Under the pieces are notes generated by a model that was not told where the DNA came from, did no database searches, and was given only the letters and a program-made list of their open reading frames with translations. Positions 30,133-39,530 of a stretch of 64,000 nucleotides of DNA are shown piece by piece; within the stretch, counting starts at the first letter, position 1, and each line of letters begins with the position of its first letter. Origin of the DNA: Candidatus Dojkabacteria bacterium (GTDB lineage Bacteria > Patescibacteriota > Dojkabacteria > SC72); NCBI GenBank assembly GCA_012513575.1, contig JAAZBX010000004.1, positions 11,481 to 75,480 on the forward strand. Direction: 5' to 3'. Made by a program: the position numbers and the translations under genes.

Positions 30133-30836
30133 GGATGAACTAATGTACCATCAGAGAAAAGTTCTGCAATAGATTGTTTCTTAGCGATATTTTCTCCTCC
30201 ACAGATAAAAAAGGAAATCCCCTTATTCTTACAAAAGTTCGCACAGCCTCTATCAATTGGAATACTGCCATTTGCTTCATGCGAATCATTTTCTGTAATA
30301 GAGAATAGGTCAAAATAATCATCCCAGCTCATATCTTTAAATGATTTAGCATTGGGATTTTTGTCTGGGTCTTCATCATAGATATAATCAATGTTAGATA
30401 TCTTGTATACCCTTTTTTCTTGAAGAATATCTGCAAAAACAACTGAATCCATATCTGTACTCCAACCCGACTTCAAACCACCGCTTACAATCGTCCCTGG
30501 GCCCTCTTTAACAAGGTGTTCATATGCATCCCCTAATGTCTTAGGTATCAATATGCTACTGTCTCCTAAATAGCCTGCTAGAAGCTCTGCACTCGTTTGA
30601 GTTACAGACATTGCAATATTATGCAAAGCTAACTGATTTTGGATATTACCTTGCATCCTTTCTTGGAGATGCCTAGACATTGCCCCCCCTCCAGTGATAA
30701 ATACAACCTTCTCAAATTGCCCCCTATTCTCAACATACCAGCTTTTTAGTTTACCCATAATCCCAAAATTAATATCCTGATTCTCTTGATATAGAACTGA
30801 TCCCCCAATTTTTAATACTACATCTCTTTTATCCAT
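30129..30836 (-). CDS. pyrH: UMP kinase (archaeal-like)
   Basis: VLKIGGS, TGGG, GG..GWSTD, N.DYIYD.DP..NP.A. Confidence 0.85.
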   Translation of the reverse strand: MDKRDVVLKIGGSVLYQENQDINFGIMGKLKSWYVENRGQFEKVVFITGGGAMSRHLQERMQGNIQNQLALHNIAMSVTQTSAELLAGYLGDSSILIPKTLGDAYEHLVKEGPGTIVSGGLKSGWSTDMDSVVFADILQEKRVYKISNIDYIYDEDPDKNPNAKSFKDMSWDDYFDLFSITENDSHEANGSIPIDRGCANFCKNKGISFFICGGENIAKKQSIAELFSDGTLVHP

Positions 30837-30840
30837 TGCG

Positions 30841-31638
30841 TTAAATAGTAAAAATAAGAGCCAAAGCAAAAAGTACATAAAGAACAGGTGCAAGGTAATC
30901 AGACAATTTAACTTTTCCTGAGAACCTAATATTCCACAAAGAAATAATTAAATAGAAAGACAAAGCTCCTACTGCTGGCAACATAAATATGCTTCTATTC
31001 CAAAAAGGCACCAATGATGCTGATACAAAAATAGAACTTGCAAAGGCAAAGAGGATTTCTAAACCTCCAAACCTATCGTGTAATTTCAGAACAAAAAGAT
31101 ACAAGATAAAGGAGGAAGTGAAACTAAGTAGTAAAAACTCTATCATCGAGAAACCTATTCGAAGGAAAGCGTTTAACAAAAGGTATAGAGTTGTAATACA
31201 CATAAAATCAAATATAGCTTTCGTAGCAATATGTATTGTGTAAAATTTCCTCATGGAGCTTTTTACATTTAGAAAAAGAACTAAGAGAAGAATCATACAC
31301 ATACCTAAAACAAAATGCCCAAGAAGGATATTTCTGTTGTAAAAAAGAAAAACAAGAAGTGAAAGATAGAATATTCCTGGAAGAATAAAATATGAGAAGA
31401 ACCTCTTTTTAAGTGATATCTTCATAAGAACATTGCTGTATTTTGAAATTTTCTTTTTGGAATATTGGTCAAAAGTTACAGCGAACCAAACTTCTAAAAG
31501 AAGAAAACCTACCAAACCAATTATTATAGAGGTTGAAAGTTTAGCAGAAAAAACAGAATCAAAAAAAATCTCAGTAATTAACACAAGTAGAAAAAGGTAC
31601 AGTAATTCATTTTTTATTTCTATTTTTTCATTTTTCAT
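30841..31638 (-). CDS. Polytopic membrane protein of unknown function
   Basis: About 8-9 hydrophobic helices. Confidence 0.7.
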   Translation of the reverse strand: MKNEKIEIKNELLYLFLLVLITEIFFDSVFSAKLSTSIIIGLVGFLLLEVWFAVTFDQYSKKKISKYSNVLMKISLKKRFFSYFILPGIFYLSLLVFLFYNRNILLGHFVLGMCMILLLVLFLNVKSSMRKFYTIHIATKAIFDFMCITTLYLLLNAFLRIGFSMIEFLLLSFTSSFILYLFVLKLHDRFGGLEILFAFASSIFVSASLVPFWNRSIFMLPAVGALSFYLIISLWNIRFSGKVKLSDYLAPVLYVLFALALIFTI

Positions 31639-31653
31639 AGGCAGTATTCTATC

Positions 31654-33042
31654 TTATGTTACTACACCAGAGAAACCGTTGAAAATTGCAACTGCAATAA
31701 CAAGCCACCAAACTCCAACAGTAAATAATTCTCCAACCGAATCCTTAATTCTTCCCCTTTTTGTATACCAAACAACTTGAGCACAAAGGAGTAAAAAGAC
31801 AAATAATACAATTCCAATATTTATTCCATCCTTCACACTTAGTCCCATCGTTGGAATAATTTTAATATCTTCCTGTTCCTTCTCTTTGAAATATTCAGAT
31901 ACATCCAAGGTTGATGAGTTTCCAACAGAATCCGAGACAACTATCTCTACCTTGCTTGTATCCATTGTTTTAGGAATCTCTACATTAGCAGAGGTAATAA
32001 CTTCAGATTTTGGAACTGGCAAAATTTCCGAGCTGATTACAACATCCGCTTGATTCCACTCACCTATTATTTCAAAAGAAAGGGTAAACTTATCGGAAGA
32101 ATTTATTACCTTTACACTCTCTTTTGATACAATTGGTGGCTTTGAATCTATTGTAAATGCCGTTTCGGCAGATTTAATATCAGTTCCTTGAATATTTGCG
32201 ATTATTCTATGTTCACCTTCACTCCAATCACTTTCTTTACTAAATTCCCATGTATTACCCTCTGAATCTGCAGTTCCAATTAATTGACTACTTTCTACTA
32301 TTGCCACGGAATATTCACCCTGTGTATTTGTGGTCTCTCCTTTTATTTTAACGGCTGGATCTGTTACCATAGCCCCAATTTCGGGAGAAGTTATTCTAAT
32401 ACTTCTGATTTCTCCTTGCTCGGTAGGCGTAATTACCTTCTGACTGCCAGTTACTACTTTGGGCGTTGAAGAGGGAGTTGAAGTTACACCTTGAACAGAT
32501 GCTGTTAAATTACCAAACATCTGTACAACCAAAATCGTCTGTTTCCCCAGTAATGTACCCTCTACCACTGCAATCCCTATATCTTTGTAGTGAGGACTTA
32601 AAATATTGTCTCTATGCGTAGGACTAACCATCCACGCCTCAACTAACCCCTCAGAGGTTCTAAAACCTTTTCCTAAATTTTCTCCAGCATATACATAGTT
32701 ATAACCAGCAGCTCTTATAAATTGCCATGGGGTTTCGCCGTTGGGACCAAAATGATCCCAATACTGCTTTGCAAACATGTCATTTGCCTTTGCTAAGGCT
32801 GCCGTAGAAAGCTTTGCATTATTTATTAGCTCGGGAAGTCCCGAAGAACGCCTTTCTTGATTAGTAAGCGAAATAATATTTGCTGGAGTAATTGAGCTTG
32901 CATAAGCCTGATCAATTTCAAATATTCCTCCGAAGTAGTTAACCACAAGAAGCATAATTGTATATGTGACAATTGCAATCTTCCTTAACAAATAAGGCTT
33001 ATTCTTGTTTCTACTTGTTGGAACTAAAAAGTCGTTTAACAT
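31654..33042 (-). CDS. CAP/SCP-domain protein with Ig-like domain and C-terminal TMs
   Basis: TN.ER...L, KA.DM...Y..H, AGENL, W..S..HR.NIL. Confidence 0.9.
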   Translation of the reverse strand: MLNDFLVPTSRNKNKPYLLRKIAIVTYTIMLLVVNYFGGIFEIDQAYASSITPANIISLTNQERRSSGLPELINNAKLSTAALAKANDMFAKQYWDHFGPNGETPWQFIRAAGYNYVYAGENLGKGFRTSEGLVEAWMVSPTHRDNILSPHYKDIGIAVVEGTLLGKQTILVVQMFGNLTASVQGVTSTPSSTPKVVTGSQKVITPTEQGEIRSIRITSPEIGAMVTDPAVKIKGETTNTQGEYSVAIVESSQLIGTADSEGNTWEFSKESDWSEGEHRIIANIQGTDIKSAETAFTIDSKPPIVSKESVKVINSSDKFTLSFEIIGEWNQADVVISSEILPVPKSEVITSANVEIPKTMDTSKVEIVVSDSVGNSSTLDVSEYFKEKEQEDIKIIPTMGLSVKDGINIGIVLFVFLLLCAQVVWYTKRGRIKDSVGELFTVGVWWLVIAVAIFNGFSGVVT

Positions 33043-33079
33043 GAGTTAGTATAGTTTAATGTATTTTCTTGTTTTAGTA

Positions 33080-33110
33080 AACAGAAAAGGACCCATACGG
33101 ATCCTTTTCC
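33080..33110 (-). terminator. Terminator hairpin after hup
   Basis: GAAAAGGATCC-GTAT-GGGTCCTTTTC then TGTTT on the minus strand. Confidence 0.7.
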
Positions 33111-33144
33111 TCATTTCTTTATCTACAAAGAAATACCGGCAGTC

Positions 33145-33414
33145 TTACTTAACAACAGCTCTCAAAGCTTTTCCTGCCTTGAATGCTGGAACCTTTGTTG
33201 CTGGGAGCTTGATCTTAGCAAGAGTCTTAGGATTGATTCCTGTTCTTGCTGCTCTTGTTCTAACTTCGAATTTACCGAAGCCTGTCAAGAGTACTGGCTC
33301 TCCCTTCTTAAGAGAATCAGAGATTGCATCCAATACTGCCTCTAATGCTGCACCAGCCTGTTTCTTTGTAAGGCCTGTTGCTGCAATTTTGTCGATTAAA
33401 TCTTTTTTTAACAT
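33145..33414 (-). CDS. hup: HU DNA-binding protein
   Basis: MLKKDLI.., GFGKF, R.GINP.T, PAFKAGK.L; AAGGAGGT SD 7 nt upstream. Confidence 0.96.
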   Translation of the reverse strand: MLKKDLIDKIAATGLTKKQAGAALEAVLDAISDSLKKGEPVLLTGFGKFEVRTRAARTGINPKTLAKIKLPATKVPAFKAGKALRAVVK

Positions 33415-33489
33415 TGTAGTAACCTCCTTTCTTTTTTTGATATATACACAAATGGCTCTCGTAAAAGATATTTGTGTATATCCATCTCT

Positions 33490-33518
33490 AAAATATGAAA
33501 AAGAAAGCAATTGGTCAA
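33490..33518 (-). promoter_or_regulatory. Sigma70 promoter of hup
   Basis: TTGACC-N17-TATTTT, followed by a 12-bp inverted repeat (33442-33481) near the transcript 5' end. Confidence 0.55.
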
Positions 33519-33793
33519 GGAAGAAAACACTATAAGTTATTAGGTGGGATTAATAAAAATCCTTTAATACTATACTCTTTTAGAATCCAAGACTTATTAA
33601 GATTAAAATAAACAATAAATTTACCCAAGAGGGAAGCTCTTAAAGCATTGCCACAACAACACATTTCACACTTTCAACTAATTTTACTTCTAAATGGCAA
33701 TTAAATGCCTAATATCAACAAAATAATGAGAATGAGAAATAATACCAACCATCCCTATAGAATTTCCTACTAGAAGATAACGCTATTACAGCA

Positions 33794-35329
33794 CTATTTT
33801 GCTATATCTGTTGCCCTTGTTTCTCGAATCACTGTAACTTCTACATTACCAGGATAGCTTTGCTTGGACTCTATCTCCTTTGCAATATCTCTGGCCATCA
33901 CAATTGCCTCATCATCAGAAACTATTTTTGGATTTACAATTATTCTAATCTCTCTACCAGCCTTAATAGCAAATACATCTTGAATTCTTTCTCCTCCAAC
34001 TTCTTTTGCTGCTGCTTCTATTCCCTCAATTCTTTGAATATACTGTTCATAGCTGTCTTTTCTTGCCCCTGGTCTTGATCCTGAAATTGCATCAGCGAGA
34101 TAAATAACTACTGCCTCGGGAGTTTGCGGATCAATATCCAAATGATGAGCCTCAATGGCATTAATAAGCTTTTCATCTAGCATATATTTTCGAGCAATTT
34201 GCCCAGAAATATGATGATGAGGGCTATCAACTTTATGTGTTAGAACCTTTCCTACATCATGCAACAAAGCTGCCTTCTTAACTAATGACACATCTGCTCC
34301 AATTTCATTTGCCAAAACTTCTGCAAGTCTAATTACTTCTATCGTATGGGACATAAGTGATTGGCCATAACTACTTCTATACTTCATTTTCCCTACTAAT
34401 TTCATCAATCCCAAGTCCATATCTGGCCATCCCGCTTCGTCTGCAAGAATTTGTCCGTTTTTCTTTATCTCCGCTGAAATGTCATTTTTTGCTTTTCTAA
34501 CCGACTCCTCGATCGAACCTGGATGAATTCTTCCATCAGCAATTAACTTTGTCATCGCTACATAAGCAATTTCTCTCCTCAAAGGATCAAATGATGATAG
34601 AGCGATAGCATTTGGGGACTCATCTACAATTACATCAACACCTGTTAACTGTTCAAAAGACCTAATATTTCTACCTTCTTTTCCAATTACCCTACCTTTT
34701 ACCTTTTCATCTTCCACCTTAATACTCTTTGTTGTTGTCTCTCCAACATAATCGGTAGCAACTTTTTGCATTGCTTCAACAAGAATCTTTTGTGCTTTCT
34801 CGTCAGCAATCACTTCAATATTTTTTTCGGCCTGTCTAATCTTCTTTGCCTCATACTCCTTCATATCCTGATCGATCTCCTCAACCAATTTCTCTCGGGC
34901 CTCTTCTTTTGAAAGACCTGAAATCCTCTCCAACTCCTTTTTTAACTCATTTCTGTCTTCCTCTAGCCTCTCAATACTATCCTTTAACTTAACCTCTCTA
35001 GAATTTAAGTCCTCACTCTTTTCATCTAACAATCTTGATCTTTTGTTAAGTTTCTTTTCTCTCTCAATTAAAATTTCTTCATGCTCCGTACTTTCTCTTC
35101 TCATCTCTTTTATTCTCTTTTCTTCTCTTTCCTTCATCTCGTCAATTTCCTGCTCGGCCCTTTTCATCCTATCTCCCATAATTCGCTTCGCTGCATTCTC
35201 TATTTCGCTAGCTGGGATATCTTTTACATTCACCCACTTAAAAACGAATTTCAATATTAGAACCGTTGCAAGTGCAACAACAAACGCCACCCCTAACGAG
35301 AGTAGCACCATTACAGATATATTATCCAT
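33794..35329 (-). CDS. rny: Ribonuclease Y
   Basis: N-terminal TM, coiled coil, KH (KGRVIGKEGRNIR), HD (LLHDVGK), ADAISGSRPGAR. Confidence 0.97.
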   Translation of the reverse strand: MDNISVMVLLSLGVAFVVALATVLILKFVFKWVNVKDIPASEIENAAKRIMGDRMKRAEQEIDEMKEREEKRIKEMRRESTEHEEILIEREKKLNKRSRLLDEKSEDLNSREVKLKDSIERLEEDRNELKKELERISGLSKEEAREKLVEEIDQDMKEYEAKKIRQAEKNIEVIADEKAQKILVEAMQKVATDYVGETTTKSIKVEDEKVKGRVIGKEGRNIRSFEQLTGVDVIVDESPNAIALSSFDPLRREIAYVAMTKLIADGRIHPGSIEESVRKAKNDISAEIKKNGQILADEAGWPDMDLGLMKLVGKMKYRSSYGQSLMSHTIEVIRLAEVLANEIGADVSLVKKAALLHDVGKVLTHKVDSPHHHISGQIARKYMLDEKLINAIEAHHLDIDPQTPEAVVIYLADAISGSRPGARKDSYEQYIQRIEGIEAAAKEVGGERIQDVFAIKAGREIRIIVNPKIVSDDEAIVMARDIAKEIESKQSYPGNVEVTVIRETRATDIAK

Positions 35330-35353
35330 ATCAACCAATTTTAAAATTTATCA

Positions 35354-35510
35354 TACTCCTTTAGAGTAGATCCTAGGAAAATCAGGCCGTAATCGACCCT
35401 AAACTATAAAAAACAAGTTTTCTAAAATTTCAAATTTCATATACTAACAATAATATTTCTACTTTTATCAAAAATCTGTTTTCCCCTAGAACCTTTTGCT
35501 ATAAGGAATA
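35354..35510 (-). ncRNA. Candidate 6S RNA (ssrS-like)
   Basis: About 157 nt; ends form a long closing stem; TGgTATGAT extended -10 just upstream; located before rny. Confidence 0.55.
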
Positions 35511-35539
35511 AGTAATCATACCATTTTTTCAAAATCACC

Positions 35540-36577
35540 TCAATAACTCTGTTGGTTTAAACTCTCAATTATCCTTTGATAGTATCGAAGATTATGTATC
35601 GTGGTTAAAGTCAAACCAGTAACTTCATCTACTTTAATAAGATGATGGATGTATGCTCTAGAGTGCTTCTGACAGGTATAACAATCACAATTTGAATCAA
35701 TTGGCCTTTCATCCAAAGAATATTCGGCATTTTTTATCCTTAGAACACCATTTTCACAATCATTAGAGTAAAGAGTTCCATGTCTTGCATTTCTAGTTAC
35801 TAATACAGTATCAAAAACCTTATATCCTAAACCCGCCACAATCTTTATATCCTCTGGTTTGCCAACTCCCATCGCATATTTAAATTTCTCCTTTGGAGTA
35901 TTTTCTATAACAGCTCTCATTTCATCCAAGACCAGTTCACCATTGTCTGCGATAACAAAACCTCCAAAATTATATCCATCAAAACCAATTGCACTAAGCT
36001 CCTGAGCACATTTTTTTCTTAAATCTAAGAAATTTGCTCCCTGGACTACACAACTTAAAAGTTTTCCCGTCTCCTTCGTTCCTCCATATTTTTCTTCAAA
36101 GTGCTTCTTGCATCTACTAGCCCAATCGATAGTTCTTGATACCGATTCTTCCGCCTCAATTCTTTCGATATTTGTACTTCTACAATCATCTAATGTAACA
36201 AGAACATCTGACCCTATCGCCATTTGCATATCTATTGAACTCTCAGGGGTCAATTCGTACATGTCCCCAGTTCTAGGAGATTTGAATGTTGCGCCATTAT
36301 CATGTACAACTCCTTTCCATTTCTTTGAATGAATTAGCGAAAACACCTGAAAGCCTCCTGAGTCGGTAAGGACTGTACCTTTCCAATTCATAAAGTTCTT
36401 TATTCCACCCAATTTTTTCATTTTTTCCAAGCCTGGAGTCATAAGTAAATGAAGAGTATTTGTTACTATTGCTTCAGTTCCTGTATCTTCTAATTGCTTT
36501 GATGTTAATGCCCTTACAGCTCCTCTTGTAGCATCAGGCATAAAAACAAATTTTTTACCAAAGTCAGAAATTTCCAT
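35540..36577 (-). CDS. tgt: tRNA-guanine transglycosylase
   Basis: TDSGGFQVFSL, MGVG.P, TRNARHG, C.C..C Zn site, HNL. Confidence 0.96.
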   Translation of the reverse strand: MEISDFGKKFVFMPDATRGAVRALTSKQLEDTGTEAIVTNTLHLLMTPGLEKMKKLGGIKNFMNWKGTVLTDSGGFQVFSLIHSKKWKGVVHDNGATFKSPRTGDMYELTPESSIDMQMAIGSDVLVTLDDCRSTNIERIEAEESVSRTIDWASRCKKHFEEKYGGTKETGKLLSCVVQGANFLDLRKKCAQELSAIGFDGYNFGGFVIADNGELVLDEMRAVIENTPKEKFKYAMGVGKPEDIKIVAGLGYKVFDTVLVTRNARHGTLYSNDCENGVLRIKNAEYSLDERPIDSNCDCYTCQKHSRAYIHHLIKVDEVTGLTLTTIHNLRYYQRIIESLNQQSY

Positions 36578-36605
36578 TTTATAATTAAAGTTTAATAAAA
36601 ATCAT

Positions 36606-37634
36606 TTATACTATCAACATACTATCTCCATAACTTAAAAACATATATCCATTTTTTAAAGCTTCTTGATAGGCATTTTTTATCAATCTTTTACCAGCAA
36701 AAGAAGAAACTAGCAATATCAACGATGAATCTGGCATATGGAAGTTTGTTACTAGATGATCTACTACTTTCCATTTATATCCTGGGTATATATAGACATT
36801 AGTCGTTCCAGTAAATTCTGAAAGCATCCCTGAATCATCAGCACAACTCTCAAGTAACCTCGCAACAGTTGTACCAAAAGCCCAGACCGAACCACCTTCT
36901 TCTTTTACTCTGTTAATTTCAATTGCAGCTGTCTTTGATAAAGAGATTTCTTCTTCATGAATAATATGATCTTCGATATTTTCTTCCTTTATTGGTGCGA
37001 ATGTTCCCCAACCCACCTTTAATTCTACCTTAACAATCTTTGCCCCTTTCTCCTCAATTCTTTTTAATATCTCTTCTGTCAAATTTAAACTAGCCGTAGG
37101 AGATGCTACCGAACCTACATTCTGTCCAAATACAGTATTGTATCTTTCGTAATCTTCTTTTGTGTCAAACCTCTTCATGTATGGAGGAATCGGAGTATGA
37201 CCAATCTTTTGAAATATCTCTTCCTCAGAGAATGGAGAAAGTAATTCAACAACCCTACCATTTTCTTTCTTTTCTTTAATACGAACCTGAATTAATTGTT
37301 CTCTCTCGTTGGTTAGTAGGATTCCATCTTTAAGGAGTTTACTTTTTTTTATTAATGCGAACCAATTCCCCTCTTTCTGCTTGTTCAAAAAAAGAATCTC
37401 AAACAATCTCCCTTTACTATCGTGGAAAAAAGTTCTTCTTTTCTCAACCTTCGTATCATTAATCACTACGACATCTCCTTTGTTAATATATTCAACACAA
37501 TCTGGATACTTCTTGTGAAGAATATGACCATTACTTCTATCAAGTACCAGAAGCTTGGTTGTTCCTCTTTTCTTCGGAGGGTACTTGGAGATTCTATCCT
37601 CTGGAAGAATATATTTAAATTCTGACATTTTCAT
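36606..37634 (-). CDS. queA: S-adenosylmethionine:tRNA ribosyltransferase-isomerase
   Basis: P.PPY, VASPTA.L, GTT..R.LE, TNFH.P.S, FLSYGDSML. Confidence 0.96.
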   Translation of the reverse strand: MKMSEFKYILPEDRISKYPPKKRGTTKLLVLDRSNGHILHKKYPDCVEYINKGDVVVINDTKVEKRRTFFHDSKGRLFEILFLNKQKEGNWFALIKKSKLLKDGILLTNEREQLIQVRIKEKKENGRVVELLSPFSEEEIFQKIGHTPIPPYMKRFDTKEDYERYNTVFGQNVGSVASPTASLNLTEEILKRIEEKGAKIVKVELKVGWGTFAPIKEENIEDHIIHEEEISLSKTAAIEINRVKEEGGSVWAFGTTVARLLESCADDSGMLSEFTGTTNVYIYPGYKWKVVDHLVTNFHMPDSSLILLVSSFAGKRLIKNAYQEALKNGYMFLSYGDSMLIV

Positions 37635-37663
37635 ATTCTGTGTATTATAGTAGAATATTCACT

Positions 37664-38632
37664 ATGGATAAAGTAAAAACAATATTTCTTGGAACTGGAT
37701 GGGAATCAGTTGAAACTCTAAAGACATTACATAAAAGTAAGGCGTTTGAAGTTGTTGCTGTAATTACAACTCCAGACAAACCAATTGGCAGAAAGCAAAT
37801 TGTCACACCCTCAGACGTTAAAAAATATGCCTTAGAGAACAATATACCAGTAGAACAGCCGGATAAGGTTAAAGAAAGATATATAGAAATTGCACAGAAG
37901 TACAATCCTGAGATTGTCATATGCAAAGCATTTGGAGAAATTGTCCCAAAGGAATTTTTAGATTATCCCAAATATGGATGCATAAATATTCACTTTTCAC
38001 TTCTTCCGAAATATCGGGGTGCAGTACCAATTCAAAAGGCTCTACTGGATGGAGAGAAGGAGACTGGAATTACAATTATGCTGATGAGTGAGGGCTTAGA
38101 TGAAGGAGATATTATAGATACCTACACCGAAGAGATTAGAGAGGATGATACAAATATCTCCCTTAGAGAACGCCTTGTGAAAAAAAGTACTGAGGTTTTG
38201 ATACCAGTTTTAAATAAATGGATAAACGGAGAGATAGTTCCAATAGCTCAAGAAAATAGCTTAGCAACTTACTGTTGGCAGAAAGATATTTCAAAAGATA
38301 AAGCAGAAATAAAATTGGAAGAGTACGAACCAAAATATATTGATAGGATGGTAAGAGCATTTATTCCATGGCCTATTACTTGGATAGTTCTTCCTGAGAG
38401 TAACAATGAGAATCTTTCTAAAAAAACAATGAAGGTATATAAAGCGGAGCTTACCAAAGGGAAGAAGATAATAATGCCAGGGATGCTTTGGACGGATGGA
38501 AGAGATGTATATGTCTCGACAAAAGAAGAAGGAGTCTCCCTCAAACTTATTGATTTCCAAATTGAAGGAAGGAATCGAATGGGAGGAAGAGAGTTTCTAA
38601 ATGGAGTTGGACGATTTATTCCCAAGAATTAA
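37664..38632 (+). CDS. fmt: Methionyl-tRNA formyltransferase
   Basis: PDKP.GR, NIHFSLLPKYRGA.P, LDEGDI. Confidence 0.97.
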   Translation: MDKVKTIFLGTGWESVETLKTLHKSKAFEVVAVITTPDKPIGRKQIVTPSDVKKYALENNIPVEQPDKVKERYIEIAQKYNPEIVICKAFGEIVPKEFLDYPKYGCINIHFSLLPKYRGAVPIQKALLDGEKETGITIMLMSEGLDEGDIIDTYTEEIREDDTNISLRERLVKKSTEVLIPVLNKWINGEIVPIAQENSLATYCWQKDISKDKAEIKLEEYEPKYIDRMVRAFIPWPITWIVLPESNNENLSKKTMKVYKAELTKGKKIIMPGMLWTDGRDVYVSTKEEGVSLKLIDFQIEGRNRMGGREFLNGVGRFIPKN

Positions 38633-39190
38633 CTTATAATCTATTCCAAAATTTCCAGATCTGAGATAGTAGCCACCTGCGAAGTCACTGAGAGCCCCAA
38701 GAATTTCTAACTTATATTCCCCTATCTCCTCATCATCAAATGCCCAGAAAAGATAACTAATTAACTGTTCTAAAGGGGTTCTCTCATTTAACAAAGATTT
38801 TACATCATCTGCAACTAATCCCATCCTTATCATCATTGCAATGGCTTTAACGGTTGCTTTATCATCATCTTCTACATCATGTGTTGTCGAATAATCAATT
38901 TCTTCTTCATCACATTCTTCTTCAAGTGGAGTGTCGTCCATAGAAAAATACTGACCATACATTTTATAGTGATTTAAAACTAGTGTTCTAAATTCTTCAG
39001 GTGAAAGAGACAAAGCGTGTGCAAAGTAGATACAAACCGAATCTAATCCAGACAAACCATTTTCTCTTGAGACATTGTCTGTAGTAATCGTCCCACTCGC
39101 AAGTTCAAAGGCAATTGAATAAGCGATGTTGTCTCTTCTAATTTCTAAAGAACCTCGCTCATCAGGTTCAATTTCGTGTTCTGAAGGCAT
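38597..39190 (-). CDS. Hypothetical acidic protein
   Basis: 197-aa ORF filling the gap after rnpB; no recognised motif. Confidence 0.6.
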   Translation of the reverse strand: MPSEHEIEPDERGSLEIRRDNIAYSIAFELASGTITTDNVSRENGLSGLDSVCIYFAHALSLSPEEFRTLVLNHYKMYGQYFSMDDTPLEEECDEEEIDYSTTHDVEDDDKATVKAIAMMIRMGLVADDVKSLLNERTPLEQLISYLFWAFDDEEIGEYKLEILGALSDFAGGYYLRSGNFGIDYKLILGNKSSNSI

Positions 39191-39212
39191 TTTAAGGTGT
39201 ATTAAATAAAAT

Positions 39213-39518
39213 GTATAAGTACATAATAAGCCGGATTCTGTATAACGATGGTTATCTATCTATGCGGTTTAACCTTGCTTTAAGTGGGGGTTACAATGCA
39301 ACAATGTATTACTACACTGCTCGGTAGTCTCTTACACTACCTTTTCACCCTTACCTAGTAAACTAGGCGGTATACTTTCTGTTGCCCTTTTCTCCGAAAG
39401 ATCACTCCCTCCCAACTCTCGTTGGCACTTATCTCGACATGTTCGAGACAGACATAAAGTCCGGACTTTCCTCATTTACTCCCGAAGGGTAAATGCAACC
39501 ATCTAATAGTACTTATAC
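39213..39518 (-). ncRNA. rnpB: RNase P RNA
   Basis: GAGGAAAGTCCGG and ACAGAATCCGGCTTA (P4), GCAACAGAAA, GGGTGAAA; P1 GTATAAGTAC/GTACTTATAC. Confidence 0.95.
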
Positions 39519-39530
39519 AACAAGATTTTA

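Noticed and set aside
33415-33510. N-terminal extensions given by the ORF track for hup, serS, pyrH, fmt, rpsZ, rpsQ and MBOAT
   Set aside because: Downstream ATGs match the family N-termini and, in several cases, SD or -10 positions
23319-35542. TGA stops are rare (noticed at lysS and tgt), raising possible code 25 recoding
   Set aside because: Conserved genes are full length under code 11 with no in-frame TGA, and these TGAs fall at the expected C-termini
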